From the NCBI GenBank assembly GCA_033761915.1, contig JANRMC010000200.1:1007-65006 (forward strand): a stretch of 64,000 nt of DNA, read 5' to 3'. This document shows positions 63,340-64,000 of the stretch, one piece after another. Each line of letters opens with the position of its first letter. Position 1 is the first letter of the stretch. The stretch comes from Flavihumibacter sp. (GTDB taxonomy: Bacteria > Bacteroidota > Bacteroidia > Chitinophagales > Chitinophagaceae). Both the position numbers and the translations under genes were made by a program. Under the pieces are notes generated by a model. It worked only from the letters and a program-made list of their open reading frames with translations, was not told where the DNA came from and searched no databases.

Positions 63340-63476
63340 GTGCCTCTGTTTTGCGTTAATGATAACTTAGCAAATTTAAACATAAAGTCCAGTATCAGGA
63401 CAGCCTGCTCCAATGAGATATGCACATTATGCCTCTTTAAAATTTCAATTACCATTTCCGGTTTCACACTTGCCAT
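63336..63476 (-). CDS. 46-aa hypothetical protein translationally coupled to the recombinase
   Basis: My own translation: MASVKPEMVIEILKRHNVHISLEQAVLILDFMFKFAKLSLTQNRGT. Its TGA overlaps the recombinase ATG (ATGA). It is below the ORF-track size cutoff. Confidence 0.4.
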   Translation of the reverse strand: MASVKPEMVIEILKRHNVHISLEQAVLILDFMFKFAKLSLTQNRGT

Positions 63477-63509
63477 ATCACACCTCCCTTGATTGAAATT
63501 GATTAATGA

Positions 63510-63809
63510 TTACGTTTTCATTTCCATATTTTTCAAGTATATAATACTCGATTCAAACTGATTTGCGGATGGCTCATAATTAATGTAGCCATACTCCTTC
63601 AATTCATTCATGTACTTATTATATGTTTGCCTCGAATTTATTTTAGCTGTTTGCATTACCAGATTCCGTTTGATAATAAATGGATTATTCCCTCCGCTTA
63701 TATTCCATTGCTGCAGCAGCGCCATGTAAATGCTGATATGCGATGCACCGATACGAGTGTCAGCGCCAATGGCATCATAAAAGCCAGTTAATGGCGGAAA
63801 GATGTCCAT
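63510..63809 (-). CDS. hypothetical small protein of the integrated element (possible winged-helix DNA-binding protein)
   Basis: 99 aa. ASHISIYMALLQQWN...MQTAKINSRQTYNKYMNELKEYGYINY resembles helix-turn-helix/wing modules of mobile-element regulators. I recognise no family with confidence. Confidence 0.45.
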   Translation of the reverse strand: MDIFPPLTGFYDAIGADTRIGASHISIYMALLQQWNISGGNNPFIIKRNLVMQTAKINSRQTYNKYMNELKEYGYINYEPSANQFESSIIYLKNMEMKT

Positions 63810-63814
63810 ACTAC

Positions 63815-64000
63815 TTAATCCTGGTTAACTCTGTTTCGTTTTCCTCTGCCTGCAATTCGCTTTTTCTTCAGTAGTCCGCTACCTGATGTGCCATTAGATT
63901 CTTCATCAATTGATTCATCTCCATTATCGGCTTGCTTTCTTTTAAGCTGCAATTGTTTTTCCATGTATTTGTTTTGCAGAAAGCGGTAGGCCTCATCTGT
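63815..64000 (-). CDS. C-terminal fragment of a hypothetical protein (5' end beyond the window)
   Basis: The open reverse frame from the window edge reads ..DEAYRFLQNKYMEKQLQLKRKQADNGDESIDEESNGTSGSGLLKKKRIAGRGKRNRVNQD, with the stop at 63815-63817. Confidence 0.35.
   Translation of the reverse strand, partial: TDEAYRFLQNKYMEKQLQLKRKQADNGDESIDEESNGTSGSGLLKKKRIAGRGKRNRVNQD

Larger units (their letters stand above)
61830..64000. mobile_element. left end of an integrated element (prophage/ICE/genomic island) next to tRNA-Leu; extends beyond the window
   Basis: A serine recombinase and three small same-strand ORFs sit directly after tRNA-Leu. Spot counts on a few 60-nt lines give about 30-40 % GC here against about 45-53 % in dapD and neighbours (not a full calculation). 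The host palindromic repeat family is absent from this stretch. The exact boundary is unknown. Confidence 0.55.

Overview
The window looks like a chromosomal segment of a Bacteroidota genome. It has type-A and type-B T9SS C-terminal sorting domains, TAnnTTTG-type promoter boxes and a Chitinophagia/Sphingobacteriia-like gene content; I cannot name the species. I call about 50 protein genes and 2 tRNAs, almost all housekeeping or cell-envelope. Left to right: TamB (partial), a DinB-like protein, a small OMP, GGT, a TonB-dependent receptor fused to TSP3 repeats plus an OmpA_C domain, a GT9 heptosyltransferase, the CCA enzyme, MiaA, an OMP/lipoprotein pair, ProS, small membrane proteins, a double-NBD ABC ATPase, an AMP-nucleosidase-like protein, a lone HsdR_N-domain protein, Gdh, CcmB/CcmC/CcmD-like, Tdk and WaaA. 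Then comes a nucleotide-sugar block (DegT-type aminotransferase, Ugd, Uxs, a TviB/WbpO-like dehydrogenase, RfbB/C/D), tRNA-Gln, and three tandem paralogous T9SS type-A cargo proteins. These are followed by DUF1801, DUF4954, GlmS, a GH53 galactanase, a TIM-barrel isomerase, a putative porin, PNP, a T9SS type-B protein, DapD and an EamA transporter. From about 61.8 kb the window enters an AT-richer integrated element whose large serine recombinase converges on tRNA-Leu(CAG). The strongest signal that genes do not explain is a dense family of palindromic intergenic elements built on GTTGCGTCGCAC(A/T)CTT arms. I count 17 full, half or degenerate copies, roughly one per 4 kb, often within 10 nt of stop codons. 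I found no rRNA, CRISPR array or recognisable defence or toxin operon, so I cannot claim a novel multi-gene system with confidence. The best novelty candidates are the repeat family, the TBDR-TSP3-OmpA fusion, the T9SS paralog triplet with a shared upstream block, an orphan terminator-bounded non-coding region, and the recombinase/tRNA-Leu junction. All coordinates and identities were worked out by eye; nothing was computed or searched.
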